NCBI RefSeq assembly: GCF_009914755.1
Contig: NC_060933.1
From: the human T2T-CHM13v2.0 reference genome, Homo sapiens
Reading direction: 5' to 3' (one strand)
DNA length: 64,000 nt
Shown here: piece by piece, positions 30,990 through 45,208 of the stretch
Position numbering within the stretch: position 1 is the stretch's first letter
Layout of the letters: the number at the start of each line of letters is the position of its first letter
Translations under genes and position numbers: made by a program
The notes under the pieces: model-generated
Told to the model about the DNA's origin: nothing
Seen by the model: the letters and a program-made list of their open reading frames with translations, nothing else
Databases searched by the model: none

Positions 30990-31686
30990 TATTACAGGGG
31001 AAGAGACCGGAGTTACACCGAGTTACTGGCGGAAGTATCCGTCCAGGTCTGCAGCAACGTCAATTCTTGCCTCCTAAGAAGGAAGAATTCGACTGAGGGG
31101 CACAAAGCAGAAAGGGCGACTGAGTCAAGTTCCAGAGCAGGAATGAAAGTTTATTTTAAAATGCCTTAGAACAGGAACGAAATGAAGGTGTGCATGGAAA
31201 AGACCCACGCAGGCACATGAAGGTTAAAGAGAGAAGGTCAGTGCCCCGTTTAACTGTAATCTTGGGACTTTCCCAAGGGAAACTCACCTCTTTCCCATGA
31301 TTCTTCCCTTAGGGTGGGCTGCCCGCCTGCACAGAGCCCTCCTTAGCTTTGGGAAGCAAGCATGCGCCATGTGTTAAAGGCGTTATTGGCATGCCCCTCC
31401 GAGGCTTTTTTCCTTTTTCCGGTGGCGTGTACCCGGAAGATCATACTTCGCCATTTTCCTCTTAATACGCATGCCCAGGAAGTTTCTTCTCCCTGGGCTC
31501 TGCGTTCATTTACCATTTTGATGTTAACAGGTGTGGACTATCAGGAAATGGCCTCTGCCTGACGCTGCTAAATCATCACTCTCAGAGAGGCAATGCGAGA
31601 ATTGCCAAACCAGCACCTGACACTTCTAGTGCGTGGGGGAAGAGCCCTCTTCTGTCTGGCTCACGCCTACCTACCTACCTGTAACA
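30990..31686 (-). mobile_element. MER50-like ERV1 solo LTR
   Basis: ggtctgcagcaacgtcaattcttgcctcctaagaaggaagaattcgactgagggg...cctacctacctgtaaCA. 4-bp TSD cacc/catc; interrupts a MIR. Confidence 0.85.
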
Positions 31687-31848
31687 CATCCTAGATGCCT
31701 ATCTGGACTTAGTGTTTTCATCTTTTAAATGAGCAAATTAACGTAATACTAGAGGATCACTGGAAACTTTACAATCCAGTGGGTTTGGTTCTCCCATCTA
31801 CCTCTCTTTCTGTCCCTGCCCTTGGATCTCCTGTACTTCTTACGATAT

Positions 31849-32345
31849 TGTGATGGCTTAATTTTATGTGTCAACTTGATTGGGCCATGCAATGCCCAGA
31901 TATTTAGTCACACAATATTCTGGGTGTTTCCTTAAGAGTGCTTTTAGATGAGGTTAACATTTAAATTGTTAAACTGAGTAAAGCAGATGGCCCTCCCTAA
32001 TGTGAATGGGCCTCACCAAATCAGTTGAAGGTCTGAGTAGAACAGAAAGGCTGACCCTCCCCCAGGTAAGAGAGGATTTTTCTTGCTTAATGGCCTTCAA
32101 ACTGGGACATCAGCATTTTTCCTCTCCTCAGACCTAAACTGGGGTTCAAGTCTGCTGGCCTTAGGACTGAAACTCAACATCAGCCTGAGTCTCCAGGTTG
32201 TGAACTCACCCTGCAGACTTGCAAACCATGACACTTGCCGGCCTCCAAAATTACAGGTGTCAATTTCTTATGGTAAATCTCTTCATTTAAAAGCTCTCTC
32301 TCACACACAGACACACACACAAAGCTTATCTGTCCTAAAGAATCT
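31849..32345 (+). mobile_element. MLT2 (ERVL) solo LTR
   Basis: TGtgatggcttaattttatgtgtcaacttgattgggcc...gagtaaagcagatggccctccctaatgtg. Confidence 0.88.
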
Positions 32346-34335
32346 TCACTGTGAAGCCTCATAAATTCAATTTAAGACAATAGTACAGTAGAAATGACTG
32401 ACAAGTCATAATAAGTAACATTAGCAATATATAATTAAATATTTGCAAACATTCTTTATACTCACCTATTCTTTGATATTTCCATTTCCAACTAACCCCA
32501 CTGAGCAGATTAATGCAATCCTACTTTCCAGATTAAAAAAGAAAAAAAGGAAGTTGAGAGTGATCCTTGGCCATATAGCAGAGATAGATTTCAAATTGCA
32601 ATTGTCCTCAATACACAGGGACATACCTTTCTATTGCACCACAACGAATTTCTAACTGATACTTGCACTTAACAGAGACCTTTGAAAACTCACTTCAAAG
32701 CAATGAATAACCTAGCTGAGTCCAGTTAAGTAGCCTGACAGAGGAGAATAATGCCTATGGTCTATGGTTGCTTTGCAATGAAGATCTGTCCTTGGTACAG
32801 AACCTTTTTATAGGTGCAAAAATTGTAATCCTGATTATCCTGCTCAATAGAGATCAGAGTGGTAGAGCAGCAGTTGAAAATACAGCAGAATGAAATGCTT
32901 ACCTTATCTTAGGCTCTGATGTCAGAATTTCTCTTCAGGATAAAATTATTTTTAAAAATAGAAAATACCTTAATAAACCCCTTGGGATGATTTAGTGAAG
33001 GGAAAGGTCCAAAGACAATTATTTCTGTGCAACAAAAAATGATCCCTCACTAGACTCTATTAAGTCAGGATGAATTTTTGTTTCCCTTCTGGAAGTAAGA
33101 GCTGGAGCTCAGCTTATGGGGAAGAGATTAGAGATAAGAGGCAGGAAGATCAAAATAGGTTGAGATGATGAGGTAGAAGCGACAGTGAAAACATTTTAGT
33201 GTCTGGACAACTGAAAATATTTTTGGCACACTGCAGACTAAGACTTGAGTAGTGAGGTTTTTGGGGATAAAGAGTTAAGATGTGGAACAAAAGGGAACAC
33301 ATAGATGCTGAAGTTAGGAGACAAAGATGATTTTGAGAACAAAAAAATTCCTAGCAACTAACAAAAATCTTGAAATCAGCTTTGGATCTGAGTATAAATC
33401 TGAAGGCTGAAATAAATATTGAAATCTCAAGATTCAGAAAGGCCCTGCCTATTGTCTGGGTTACAGTTCTACACAGGTGGGTGGAAAGATTCCAAGGTGA
33501 ATTTGTCTCTTCTACTCCCCCTCTACATTTTTTACACTATAGGAAAATCAGAAAAGTAGCCTGTTAGCTAGATGGCAGCTTCCATGTAGCAATATCTACA
33601 TGTCATAGATTGAAAGGGGATTAAACCCTTCCCACTGTGCCTAGCATTGTGAGATTTCATCCTTGAGAGCATCTAGCAGTGGGAATGATTTAAGATGACA
33701 GCACAGCTTACTGTTCTATCCTTCAAATCTTTCCCACGTCCATCCTGACCACTGTAACAGTGTGTCTGGTATATTGCATTCCACTGTGGTTGAAAGATGC
33801 ATCCGGGGTCTGTAGTGTATCCCCCTTCCTCATGTTTCCATTACTCAGGGAACATTTTCGAAAGATGAGATCTGCTCAATTTTGGAATAGTTTCCAGAGG
33901 GATGTGGCAAAGTGCCGCATCATTTTATTTACTTAAAATTAGACCAGAGCGAGGAATCCCAGTGTCCCACTGTGAGCAGTTTTGTACCGGTGGGAGGATA
34001 GGGAAGAGAATCATGCCCATTTGCTGCTGGAATACAAGAGGGGCTCTTCATCATTACTTCATATGACTCCCCAATTCTGATAATTGCCATTTCAAATATT
34101 GGTCTTCTTATGGAGAACACAAATTATATTTTTTTCTAAGTTTCTTCCTTTCTGCTCCTACTTCTCACCTAGCATTATCATACTGTCTTCACTAATCTAA
34201 GTTCCAGTTGAATTGTAGAGCACTTAATGGAAAAACAATAACTTTACAAACTAATGTCCTGTTCCCCAAGTTCTAAGAAGCCAACTACAGATTGTATTTG
34301 TTAAAGATTTAAAATGTACCCTCATTGCAAATGGA

Positions 34336-34714
34336 TGTATTTGTCAGCTTGGGCTGTCATAAAAAGTACTATAGACTGGGAGATTTAAACCATTGAAAAT
34401 TTACTTTCTTACAGTTCTGGAGGCTGGAAGTCTAAGATCAGAGTGCCAGCATGGTCATGTTTAGGCAAGAACTCTCTTCCTGGCTTGCAGATGAACACCT
34501 TCTGACTATGTCTTCCCATAGCAGAGGGAGAAAGATCTGTTTCTCTTCTCAGAGGCTACTTTCTTGTTGGATTAGGGTTTCACCCTATGGCCTCATTTAA
34601 CCTTAATTACCTCCTAAAGACCCTATCCCCAGATACAGTCACACTGAAAGTTAGGGCTTCAACATTTGATAGGGTGGGAAGGGCTGGGGAGGGCACACAA
34701 TTCCATCTATAGCA
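34336..34714 (-). mobile_element. MLT1A-like MaLR solo LTR
   Basis: acagttctggaggctggaagtctaagatcagagtgccagcatggtc...cctcatttaaccttaattacctcctaaag...tatagCA. Confidence 0.88.
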
Positions 34715-36049
34715 CTGAGATTTCCAATGCCTAAAACATTTAATTTTTCAATCCTCAGAGATGGATCTCAAAAAAGAAATCAAAACTGGCTCAGATTTCC
34801 CAAGGATTTCCATATCTATATACTAGAAGATAATTCAGACTTATGCATCTGAGAAGGGTAAGTTCAGTGATCTGGTTTGTTCTTTTCATGTGCCCATTTA
34901 TGGATTGGAAAAAATTCAACCTTTGGGGAGAACAGATTGAGTTCTAATCCTGGTCATATTACTAATTTGATTTATGACCTCAGCTTTTTCCATCTGTAAA
35001 ATGAATCCTTCTCTTTAGATTCCTTCCCACTCTGATAGTTCAGAAATCTGAGAACTATGGATTGGCATTAGTATTCATTTGGGCATAGACACTCTGATTA
35101 TCAAAATTCAAAGAATGCTCCAATCCCCAAGGGTCTACATTTTTATTGGCCTCATGACCAAGACACTGGAACTGAGAGGACCTGAGTAGCACGTTGGAAT
35201 CAGACTTTCAGGGCAGAGGTGGAAGACAGACAATACACCACAGTCTAGAAGTGACATTGGGGGCCAACAGGTAGAAAGATTCATGGGCCAAAAGGGGCAG
35301 TTCCTGGAGTGCTCTTCCTGCCTGCTGGTTTACATCTTGTGGGGTCACTGGGATAGAGGAGACAACAGAGTGATTTATAGTCTAGAAGTTTGGTGAAGGA
35401 TAGAATAATAATAGTTGATGCTTAACTAACAGGTATTTTCTAAATGCTAGATATTTTATAAGTACTTTATTTTTATTATATTTAATATTAAATTCTGACC
35501 ATAGAGCTTGAAGTAAGTACCATTTTTATCCGTACATTTCGGAAAAAGGAAAATAGCACTTTAAAGAAATTAAACAAGTTGTCCAAAATCACATAGCCAA
35601 GAGGAGCAGAGCTCAGATTCAGTTGACCTTTGATCTCCCAATTCCTATTCCACTCTGCCATACCAGGAAAACTGAGTCTCAGTAACGGGGCCCATGTTTT
35701 CTCCACTATGCGGTGTTCCAAGATAGCGGCAATTAATACGACTTTTTACCTCCAGCATTTATACCTTCTAAAAAATTCTTGAATGTAGAAAAACACAGAG
35801 TGATAGCAAACTCCAAATGAAGATTCTCAAATTCAATCAGAATAGGGGCATCTTCATGGAAGAAAAAAAGTGGAGAATGAGACCCAAAGACTAAGCATGA
35901 GTTATAAAAGTGTCTATGGGAGAACCACAGTGAAAGAAGAGAAGGATGAAATATTCCAGGCACCAAGAAGGTGCTTATACCAAAAGCTATCGGTCTCCCC
36001 CTCTCAGTAACTCCAAGATCCCAAACAGCTATACTTGCTAAATGTGTGT

Positions 36050-36192
36050 AATGTACACTATTGTGTACCCAAAAACCACTATTTGGGTAGTGGTTACAAT
36101 AAAAATCCAGACTTCACCACTGTGTAGTATATCCTTGTAGCAAAACTGCACTTGTGCCACTTAAATTTATATAAATAAATAGATAAATAAAT
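36050..36192 (+). mobile_element. Short L1 (L1PB/L1MA-like) 3' terminus with A-rich tail
   Basis: ccagacttcaccact...aaaactgcacttgtgccacttaaatttata followed by (TAAA)n. Confidence 0.7.
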
Positions 36193-37039
36193 ATATTCTG
36201 AATACCATAACACTTATCTGTATCATAGCCTTCTCATCATATTCTAATCACATGTTTATTCGTCTGTGTTTACAGACAGTGAATTCCTTGAAAACATGGT
36301 CCTCGTATTTCTTATCTTTCTGTCCCTTGTACCAAGTGTAAAATAAATGTCCAATGCTTATTGAATGTTCAATGCTTGTTGAATCACTAAATAAATTAAG
36401 GACTCCTGACTTCACCCCTGACTAGCTATTTGTCTTGGATTTACTATTTAATCTTGTCCAATCAATGTTTCCTTGCCACTGCATAAGTAGCATGTAGCTC
36501 TGCTAGGCATTAGAGGAGTGATAAGGCAAAATGCATGGTTTCCAGAGTATCAGCATGTGTTGGGGATGGCAGACAAGTATGCAAGTAAGTGAGTTCCAGT
36601 GTGTCCATATGTAAAAATGAAGATGAGAAAACAACTTCTTGCTACCTCACAGGATGATAGGGGTGTGTAATAAAATAATGAGTGAAAAAATGTATTAGAA
36701 GTTACAAAGTATCATTTATATCCAAGTTAATAGCTATGATTTTGTGGAAGTTTTGCTCAGTATTACAACTTTTCTGGATTTGGGATCATTGAATAACATA
36801 TAGAAACCTTGCTGTAGGTGCTTATAGAGGAGGCTTAGGCTGAAATTTGAGTAACTATTAATATATTTTTATGCTATTGCCTTTTGTACTTAAGACCTTA
36901 TGTTTATGTGGCTTCAAGAATGGTTTACTTATTCTCTAGTTTTATAACTTTAATAATTCAGTACTTGGAAAGATTAGGGATTGAGGCTTCATTCTCTTAC
37001 AGTATCATAGTATGCAACCTTTCATGTAAAAATAAGGTG

Positions 37040-39076
37040 GCATAAATCAATATGCATGTATATGTACATTTGTTCAAAAAGAAATACAGGAAGGTAAACC
37101 AGACACTAACAAGATGGATTGCCTGCAGAGAGTGGGTAGGAAAGAATAAGGGAATGGAAATTGGTTGGAAGGAATAAAGGATGAGTGGTACCTCCTTGAG
37201 TATATGTCTTTGTAAAGCTTTGACTTTTGAAAGAGTGATAGTATATCACATACCAAATAAATAAATACCAACCAATCAAATAGACAGACAAAATCAACGG
37301 AGAATTGGGAAGGAGGTAAACTTTAAGCAGAATACAAACATTAACAAATGAACTAACTCTACAAAAAATAGATGAAATCATTTTACTGAAGGGAGTGGGA
37401 AAGTTAAGGACTAACCTAAGTAATACTGGAAAACAGGATTTCGACTACAAATTGCAAAGCTAACAACAAAAATAACTGTACATGGAATTTTACTCTAGTT
37501 AATAAGTTTGTTTTCCATAACGTTAGTAATCCTGGAATGACTTTAAATGCATTCTAAGATAGCAAATAAATAAACTTGCTATCAAATCATGGATAATGAA
37601 AGCCAGTTTTCTCATTTTTGAAGAAAGGAATCATAATTAAAGGTTGAAGGCTAGAATGAACTGTGTAATGTTGGATTTGAATCAGAGGTATTACAATAAA
37701 TTAATATATGTATGTGTGTATATATTTATATATGTATATATTATATGCATTATATACAATATATGTATATATTAATATATGTATGTGTGTATATATTTAT
37801 ATACACACATTCATATGCACACACACATAAATCACATTTGTGTATATATACGGTTAAATTGATGTAGATGTGTGTGTGTGCATACTTATTTTTTTTTCAT
37901 TTTTGTCTGCTGAGAGGGCCTAGAAGTAATAATACTGTAGTACAGCAATTATAATGAGCACACCTAAAGTTTCAAAATAGTTTCTAAATACTATTTTTAA
38001 AATAAATAAAAAGGAAAAATGAATTCATTTAAGTACTGGATTATTTCAGTGCTAGTACAGGCAAATGCAAGATAAGCCTGGGACTACTTATGGTGCCAAG
38101 AAATAAGAGAATACTCCAAAAATGATGGGGCATGTAAAAAGAATGTAGCAGTTAACCTGAAGAAGCTTTCACTGGTAAATTTTATGACACCATAAGCAAC
38201 AAAATAAGTACTAATAAAACAGCCTGTGTTGTTTTATATTGATATAAATAAATAAGTAAATGAGGGAGAGTGAAAGCTCTTTTCCTCAGCAGAATTCCAA
38301 CTTATATATGAAGAAAGATAGATGGACTTCATCACTTAGCAAATACTACAGAAATAGGTGTTGCAGGCAAGATTTATCAATGAAAACTAAAATTAGTGGG
38401 TAAAGGTATGATGAGAAACAAGATTTTTGCATGCAAACATATTTATAGAAAGTACCTCCCTATAAGGTACTTATTAAATACATGGGAGAAGATAGTAACT
38501 TTACATTGGTAAACCAAGCAGAAACCACTTCAGTCAATGGTGAACTTTAATATGGCCAGCCATGAAATACATGGACATTGTTTACCTTCTAATATGATGC
38601 ACTAAGAAGAACACAGCATAATTTTTATGATATTCTTGCCAAAAAATGCATTATCCAAATTTAAATATGAAGGAAGAGCAGATGGTAGACATTCTACCAA
38701 ATAATGGAGCTGTATTCTTCAAATGTCATAGTCATACACAAAAAGTTTATAAAATAAAAATTAAAAAAGTCTGAGGACCTGCCCCAGTTTGGAGAAGACC
38801 GAGGAAAAGGGGCACTGAAAAGTAACCTGTAATCCAGGATTAAATCCTGGGTCTGACAAAGGACGCCAGTGGGACAATGGGCAAACGTCACATCAGGTTT
38901 GCAGGTTAGTTACTAGAACTGCACCCATGTCCATTTCATAGTTTGATAATTATACCAAGGTTATAAAACATCAGGAAATGCTTGGTGAAAGGTAAACAGA
39001 AACATTGTGTACTATTTTTTCTACTTTATTGTAAATTTAATGTTTTCTCAAATTAAAAAGTAAAAATAAAATAAAA
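37040..39076 (+). mobile_element. L1MC-like long 3'UTR
   Basis: aaggtacttattaaatac...tgatattcttgccaaaaaatgc...gtactatttttctactttattgtaaattt plus A-rich end. Left boundary approximate. Confidence 0.7.
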
Positions 39077-39787
39077 GCTTTATTCCTGCAATTAGGTCTG
39101 TGATGTTAGAAACAAGGTGGTCACGATATGAGATCTGTTGCCAGAATCCGGAGTATCTTGATATCCTGTATAATTCAGTGGAATTTTCTGTCTGACTTCT
39201 TCAGAATCCCAGTGTCAAAAAATTTATATTCAGAATCTTTGGGTAATAAAAATGGCAGAACACCAACCCACACTGTGCCAGGTGCTGTGTTGGGCGCTAT
39301 ATTTACATCTCTGTGTCACTCATTATTTTGCATCATGTCATTTTCCTGTCCTCTACTACATACAATTTTAATTCTGTTTTATAGAAAGAGCAGGTCCAAA
39401 CCAGTCCAATCCTCTTTCTGAATACGGAGAGCAAACAGCTTAATTGGAAATTGCTGTTTTTCTTCTCCCTAAGATGGTAAAAATCATTTTCCATTTCTTT
39501 AGTCAGTTGAGAGTCACTGCCCTCCAGGAAATGAGGAACGTTTCCCTGGACTTTATTTTTTTGTGTGCTATAAAATGATTACAATTTTGTTTCATTTTAG
39601 GGTTGAGGTAGGGATGTCAGAGGAGAAATGCATTAGGGCAAGGGAGTAAATAATATACAAACCTATAAGATGCTTTGAAAGATTGCCAGGAATGTGGTGA
39701 ATAATTGATGATGATCTGATGCATTCGGTTATTTCCTATGAAATGGTCCTTATACCAAAATGAATTGCAAGCTATTTCCTTCTCTTT

Positions 39788-39840
39788 CACACATACACAC
39801 ACACACACACATGCACACACACATGCGCGCACACACACAC
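39788..39840. repeat. Interrupted (CA)n microsatellite
   Basis: Directly visible. Confidence 0.9.
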
Positions 39841-40213
39841 GAGTCTATTTCTTGAGCTCCTTTCAAAGTTAACAGACTGATCGTATCGTTGTTCATTCAG
39901 AGTGTCCAGAAAGTCAGAGCCATTCACCATCTCTCTTATTCCCAAGCTTTTGTCATAACGTTGGCACACACTGACTTGCATGCAATCTTATACACCTGGT
40001 CCCTCTGCTCCAGGACGGGCTGAACTGCTGCCTCCTGTAGAACTTTCCTGCTCTGACCCGAGCATGATCTGCCCAACAAAACAAATCTGCTCTATCATCA
40101 GTACCTACCTGTGAACAGTAGCCCACATGTCTTGACCTGTCATAGAAGGCTTTCTGAGATCTGGCTTCTGACCTCTTTTTCACTGGATGCTACAAAAACC
40201 CTTAGTATCGTTC

Positions 40214-40289
40214 CTTTTTAACTTTTATCTTAAGTTCAGGGGTACAAGTGCAGGTTTGTTACACAGGTAAACTTATGGGGGTTTGCTGT
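40214..40289 (-). mobile_element. Severely 5'-truncated old L1PA 3' end
   Basis: ttttaacttttatcttaagttcaggggtacaagtgcaggtttgttacacaggtaaactt. Confidence 0.8.
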
Positions 40290-41487
40290 TAAATTGATAT
40301 TTATTCTCTGCGATTTTATTCCCTGATGTTTCTCGCCACCCTGCCTTTATTCACATAGTCTCTCCACTTGGAATAAATATCCTTTGTCCTCATCTTAACC
40401 TGCCAAAATTCTGTCTCTCATGCCCATATAAGTGTGACTTCTTTCTTGAAACCCTCCCCAATTTTTCTAAATGAGAATTCATCATTCCCCTTTGTCTTCA
40501 CCTTGCAAAGTTTTTTTTCCAGTTATTCTCTTAGTAACCTGCCTCCAGTGTCTTTTGCAGGCAGCTTTCTCTATTCCTTGACTGAAAACATCTCGAAAAT
40601 AGGGAGGGAATTTGTATTTTAGTGTCTGTTCTGCTTAGAAATGCAGAGGTACAATTCTGAAAGATTGTAAGTGAAAGGTTTAAGAGGAAATGTTGCAATA
40701 GAGAGAGAGAGATAGAGATATGTGATACATAGTTTATTGAGATAGAAAATCTTCTATGGAACATAGCATACCACCATGATTCTGGAAAAATTTAAAGTGC
40801 TACTCTGTGTATGTTTTTACAGCAATATCTTACAATTTTTTATGTTATTAATTCTTAAAAACCTACTGGGTTTGGCTTTCCTTGTTTTTCTGATGAGAAA
40901 ATTTGGAGTTGGACCAGGCTCATGGCTGGCTGAAGTCTATCCAGGGGCAGAATGAGGACTTATGACTACACAGATTTAGGTGAAAGTCAGAACCTGGAAA
41001 AGAATGCCACAGAAAAGGTGTAGTGGGGAATACACCATAGTGGTCTTAGGCATGTCCTTTGAGTTTTCCAGGCTTTTCTTTCCTGTTTATAGGTCTACAG
41101 ATAGACTTTCTAAGGATACCTGCACTTAGAAAGGCCTTCTTTTGAGAAGGCCTTAAATATGATGAGCTACGTCCATAGTGGAACATCCGTTTAGTCAGGA
41201 TAAGAGGCCCCCAAAACCCTGAATTGTTAGAGATTCATTCTTCTTCATTTGTCTTTTTGGTGTTTAGCTTTGTTCATCAAAAGGGTGCTCTGTTTTGTTA
41301 GTGGTCAACATATAATCTCTTTTAGCCAGTGTTTCTTCATGCAAGCTGTGGTCACAGGAGAGTCTAGGGCACTGGTTAAGAACATGAACTATGGAGCAAA
41401 CAACCTGGGTTTATACTTCAGCTTCATCCCAAACTAGCAGTACCTCATGCTCCCAATCTGCAAAATGACAACAGCAATAGTATTTTT

Positions 41488-41529
41488 AAAGTAATGGCAA
41501 AAACTGCTATTACTTTTGCATCACCCTAA
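41488..41529. mobile_element. Half MADE1 (Hsmar1 mariner MITE) inside a MIR
   Basis: aaagtaatggcaaaaactgctattacttttgcatcaccctaa followed by TA; matches one MADE1 arm. Confidence 0.8.
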
Positions 41530-42567
41530 TACTTATCTCATGGGACTGCTTGAGCATTCATGACACCCCACATGTAAGTCTCTAAGAACAGTGCCTCTCG
41601 TAAATGGTAGCTGTTTTTATTCTTATGCCAACCCCTCAGGCTAACTGGGAAGATCAAATGACAACAGTTTGTAAACTTTGAAGTATTATGCTAATGGAAA
41701 ATAAAGACTTAGTAGAACTAATTTTATTATTATTATTTAAAACTAGGAAAAATGTGCCCTCTTGTTCTAAAATCTCTCTGGGGTCATAAGCTAAGCATCC
41801 CAAAGAAATATTTATGCCATTTATAGGAGATAATTTTATTCTCTCTAAGATATTTTCAAGTTAATTTTATAGTAGACTTTCACCAAAATACCTTTTGTTG
41901 GAATCAGTTTGTAGACTTGTTTTTTTAAGGACTTCATTTTAAACACCCCCCCTCCCAAAGTTAGAAAAAAATAAGTAAATGTAAACAAATAACACAAGCT
42001 ACAAATTACAAAAGCCATTTTCAATCTGCAAAGATTTTTAAATAAAAGTAGATATATACTCTCCACAGAAGACTTCTCCCTATAAATTTATATTCAGATA
42101 ATAACTTTAGGCTGTAAACTCAGGACTCAGTAAGAAAAACTATCTTTTTATTTTGGAAGCACACAGGTGTTAAATAAAATGGATGGATGATACATGCCGT
42201 TCCTATCACGTGCAAAGTAACCTGTAAGAGCAGAATATGTTAAACTTTTAAAGCATAACACCTATATATGAATTGAATACATATGTGCAGAAAATAACTT
42301 GAGAAATGGTTTAAGGCAGTTTCCAAACTGGTTTATTGTCATCGTTTGCATTAATATCCTATTCTTTGCTTATATTATAAAAAGGGAATTGTTGAGTGGT
42401 GGGCACAAGGGAACAGTGGTGGGTACAAAGAGGCTGGCCAATCTAGTACATATAAAATATTGATTTCAACCCAACACTCATGTTTTTGGACAAGTTTCCA
42501 CTTACAATTAACTATATATAAGGAGCTAGACTGATGTGTATCACTGAAATATTCAAAATACATACAG

Positions 42568-42857
42568 GGCCAGGCATGGTGACTCACGCCTGTAATCCCA
42601 GCACTTTGGGAGGCTGAGGCGAGTGGATCATTTGAGGTCAGGAATTCAAGACCAGTCTGACCAACATGGTGAAACCCCTCTCTACTGAAAACACAAAAAA
42701 TTAGCTCAGCAGTAGTGGCGTGTGCCTGTAATTCTAGCCACTCCAGAGACTGAGGCAGGAGAATCACTTCAGCCTGGGAGGCAGAGGTTGCAGTGAGCTG
42801 AGATTGTGCCACTGCACTCCAGTCTGGGCAACAGAGTGAGACCCTGTCTCAAAAAAT
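42568..42857 (+). mobile_element. AluS (Sx/Sz-like), 13-bp TSD
   Basis: Dimeric Alu. TSD aaaata(c/g)atacag at 42555-42567 and 42858-42870. Confidence 0.95.
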
Positions 42858-45125
42858 AAAATAGATACAGAAATAAATACTGCTGAATCACTTGCTAAAG
42901 GTGAAATTATTTCCCCTTGGGGGCACTGGGCAGGAATGGGAGGAATGACGAATGAAAATGACTGTGGAATTCTTCATGAAGTGGAGGTACCTGACTCAGG
43001 CCTTAGAAACAAGATTTTTAAATGTAATGACTGCTGGAAAAGAGATGGTAAGTAGAGCTCAGAGCAAAGAGATTACGTAGAAGGTGGCGATTTCAGGAGT
43101 ACGTTGCAATGACAAAAGGATGAAGACAAGGACTGTGGCTCAGGTCATTGGGATGTCACTGGACATGATTTGTTTAAAGACTAACAAGGGTGAAGCACTG
43201 GGAACGGTCAGGTGAAGATCCTTGAATGTTTTTGAGCTGGCTTTGCTCTATCTGTCCTCAAGTCTGTCCATAATCACCTTCCCAAGGAAGCAACTCCCCA
43301 AGAATTTTCCACAGATGACTAGTTCCATGTGATGCTATGTAAAAAGAAAAAAAGAAAAAAACACACCAAATTTCCATTTCAAATAAACTTGGAAAAATTG
43401 GCATAAGTCAAATTAAACATATTTCATTCTCAAAAAAAATGTTGGTAAAAAGATTAAGGGAGAGGCAGAGAAAAAACAAGGGAAGCAAGAAGGAAGGAAC
43501 TTGGAGTGGGAAAGAAAGATGGATAGAGGGGCCAGTCTGGGAGCATAACTGAAATGCAGACAGGTGATTAACCAACACTGAAAAACTCTGGAAGTTTCTA
43601 AAGGAAGTGGGGCTATTCTGTCTAAGAAAACTGAGGGTAGAAAATAAAGGGAAATATCCTAAATCAAAAGATTGCTTCAGGTTGGCCCTATTATAGATAT
43701 AGACATACTATAAACCATAGAGTGAGATAGCCTAGAAAATTACTGTTAGACGAGATCTTGGAGGCTTTCTAGTATGAACTTCTTTTCTTCATCTCTCCAT
43801 ATAAACTTGTCCACTCACTTTTTTATGTTGTTTTTAGCAGACAAGGTCCACTTAATCCATTGTGCAGTTCCTTCTTATTTGACCTCTAGGAAGCTCAGAG
43901 CTTAATTTAATGTAATACTCAATTGCAGTAACTGTTACCTATTAGGTTTCCATTATATCCATATCTTCCCTTCTTGCAAATATAGCCAGAAAAGCTGCAG
44001 TGGCTCAAGGGCTATTCTAGGCTCTGTGAGGGCTACAGCAATGCTTCAAAGAGCTCCAACTGGCAATGAGAAATACATATTTTCCACATTGATTCATTCA
44101 ATAACTCCTGGAGTTATTGAATGTCCATCATATGCCAGAATCTTTGCCAAGAACACTAACAGATGTAAAGAATAAAAATTAAAGAAATACTCTCTGTTTT
44201 CATTATCTTAATAATGTGTTAATGTGCACTTATTGAGAATACATTTTATAAATATGCAAAGTATCTCAAAAATTGGTTACAGCGAGTGTTCAAACAGATA
44301 TGACATTTTCATTGCAGGTCCTCTGAGATGTTTGTGGTATCGATTCATATATCGATTCATAAAATCTCAGTCATGAAAAGACACAAATCTAAGTTTGTAA
44401 GATCTATGTGGGTATAAATGGAAACCCTTTAAAATGTTGGGACTTATCCATTGTAATTTATCTGATTAGTCTTCCTGCCAGATCTTTTTAACCGAATCAC
44501 ATTAGATTTGGGATAATTACCCAAGGACATTTATACTATTTTGAAGGTTAATTCCAACCTCACTCATTCAGCATATGTTTGGAGTGTCCTTGCCTAATGC
44601 CAAGTCCTGGGCTAGGCAAAAGGACCTGGAGATTGTTTCTTAGTTTCCTCATTGAGGGATTCTGATTAAGAGCCCTCTGCCAATCACTACTGTAAATATA
44701 TTATCTAAGTGCTCAGCAGAGAAAATTCATGTCCCAATTTTCTGATTGAGTAACCACCATGACCAATCTCTGGGCAGAGCCACCAGGAAATAACTGCTAT
44801 TTAGCCTCACATGTCTTTGTTGAGCTTTGTGCCTCCACGATAGGAGGATTATACAAGGAAGTAAAAGATAAATTGACAATACGTAATATAAACACATTCT
44901 TTTCAGAATGGAGCAAACTACATGAGATGGGAAACATGGCAAGTGGTTCACAGAAACCAGTGAATAAGATTTAGGATGGGCATTTGACATTCTCTAACAA
45001 GTTTTGGTCCTGACTTTTGGCCAAATTAGTCTGTCAACAGCATCTACTTGGTGTCCACAATGTACAGTGGCTTGCATTTGGTACTGAAGATGGAAAAAAT
45101 AAGAAAAGGTCAGAGACATTTTTAG

Positions 45126-45208
45126 ATACAACTCCAGAGGGCACCATTCACAAAGATTGCAGTATAAATGGCACCCTCTAAAATCGTGCGATCCACAATC
45201 TTTACAAT
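45126..45208. mobile_element. MER91-like palindromic hAT MITE fragment
   Basis: acaactccagagggcaccattcac...aaatggcaccctctaaaatcgtgc. Confidence 0.6.

Noticed and set aside
37700-37805. 33-nt AT-rich direct repeat
   Set aside because: Low-complexity expansion inside the L1MC 3'UTR.
39953-40183. Minus-strand ORF with a donor-like CAG|GTAGGT near 40105
   Set aside because: A single splice-like motif is expected by chance. A lncRNA exon cannot be supported without transcript data.
41131-41154. Perfect 10-bp hairpin aaggccttct-tttg-agaaggcctt
   Set aside because: Short and built on a self-palindromic 8-mer, so plausible by chance in 64 kb.
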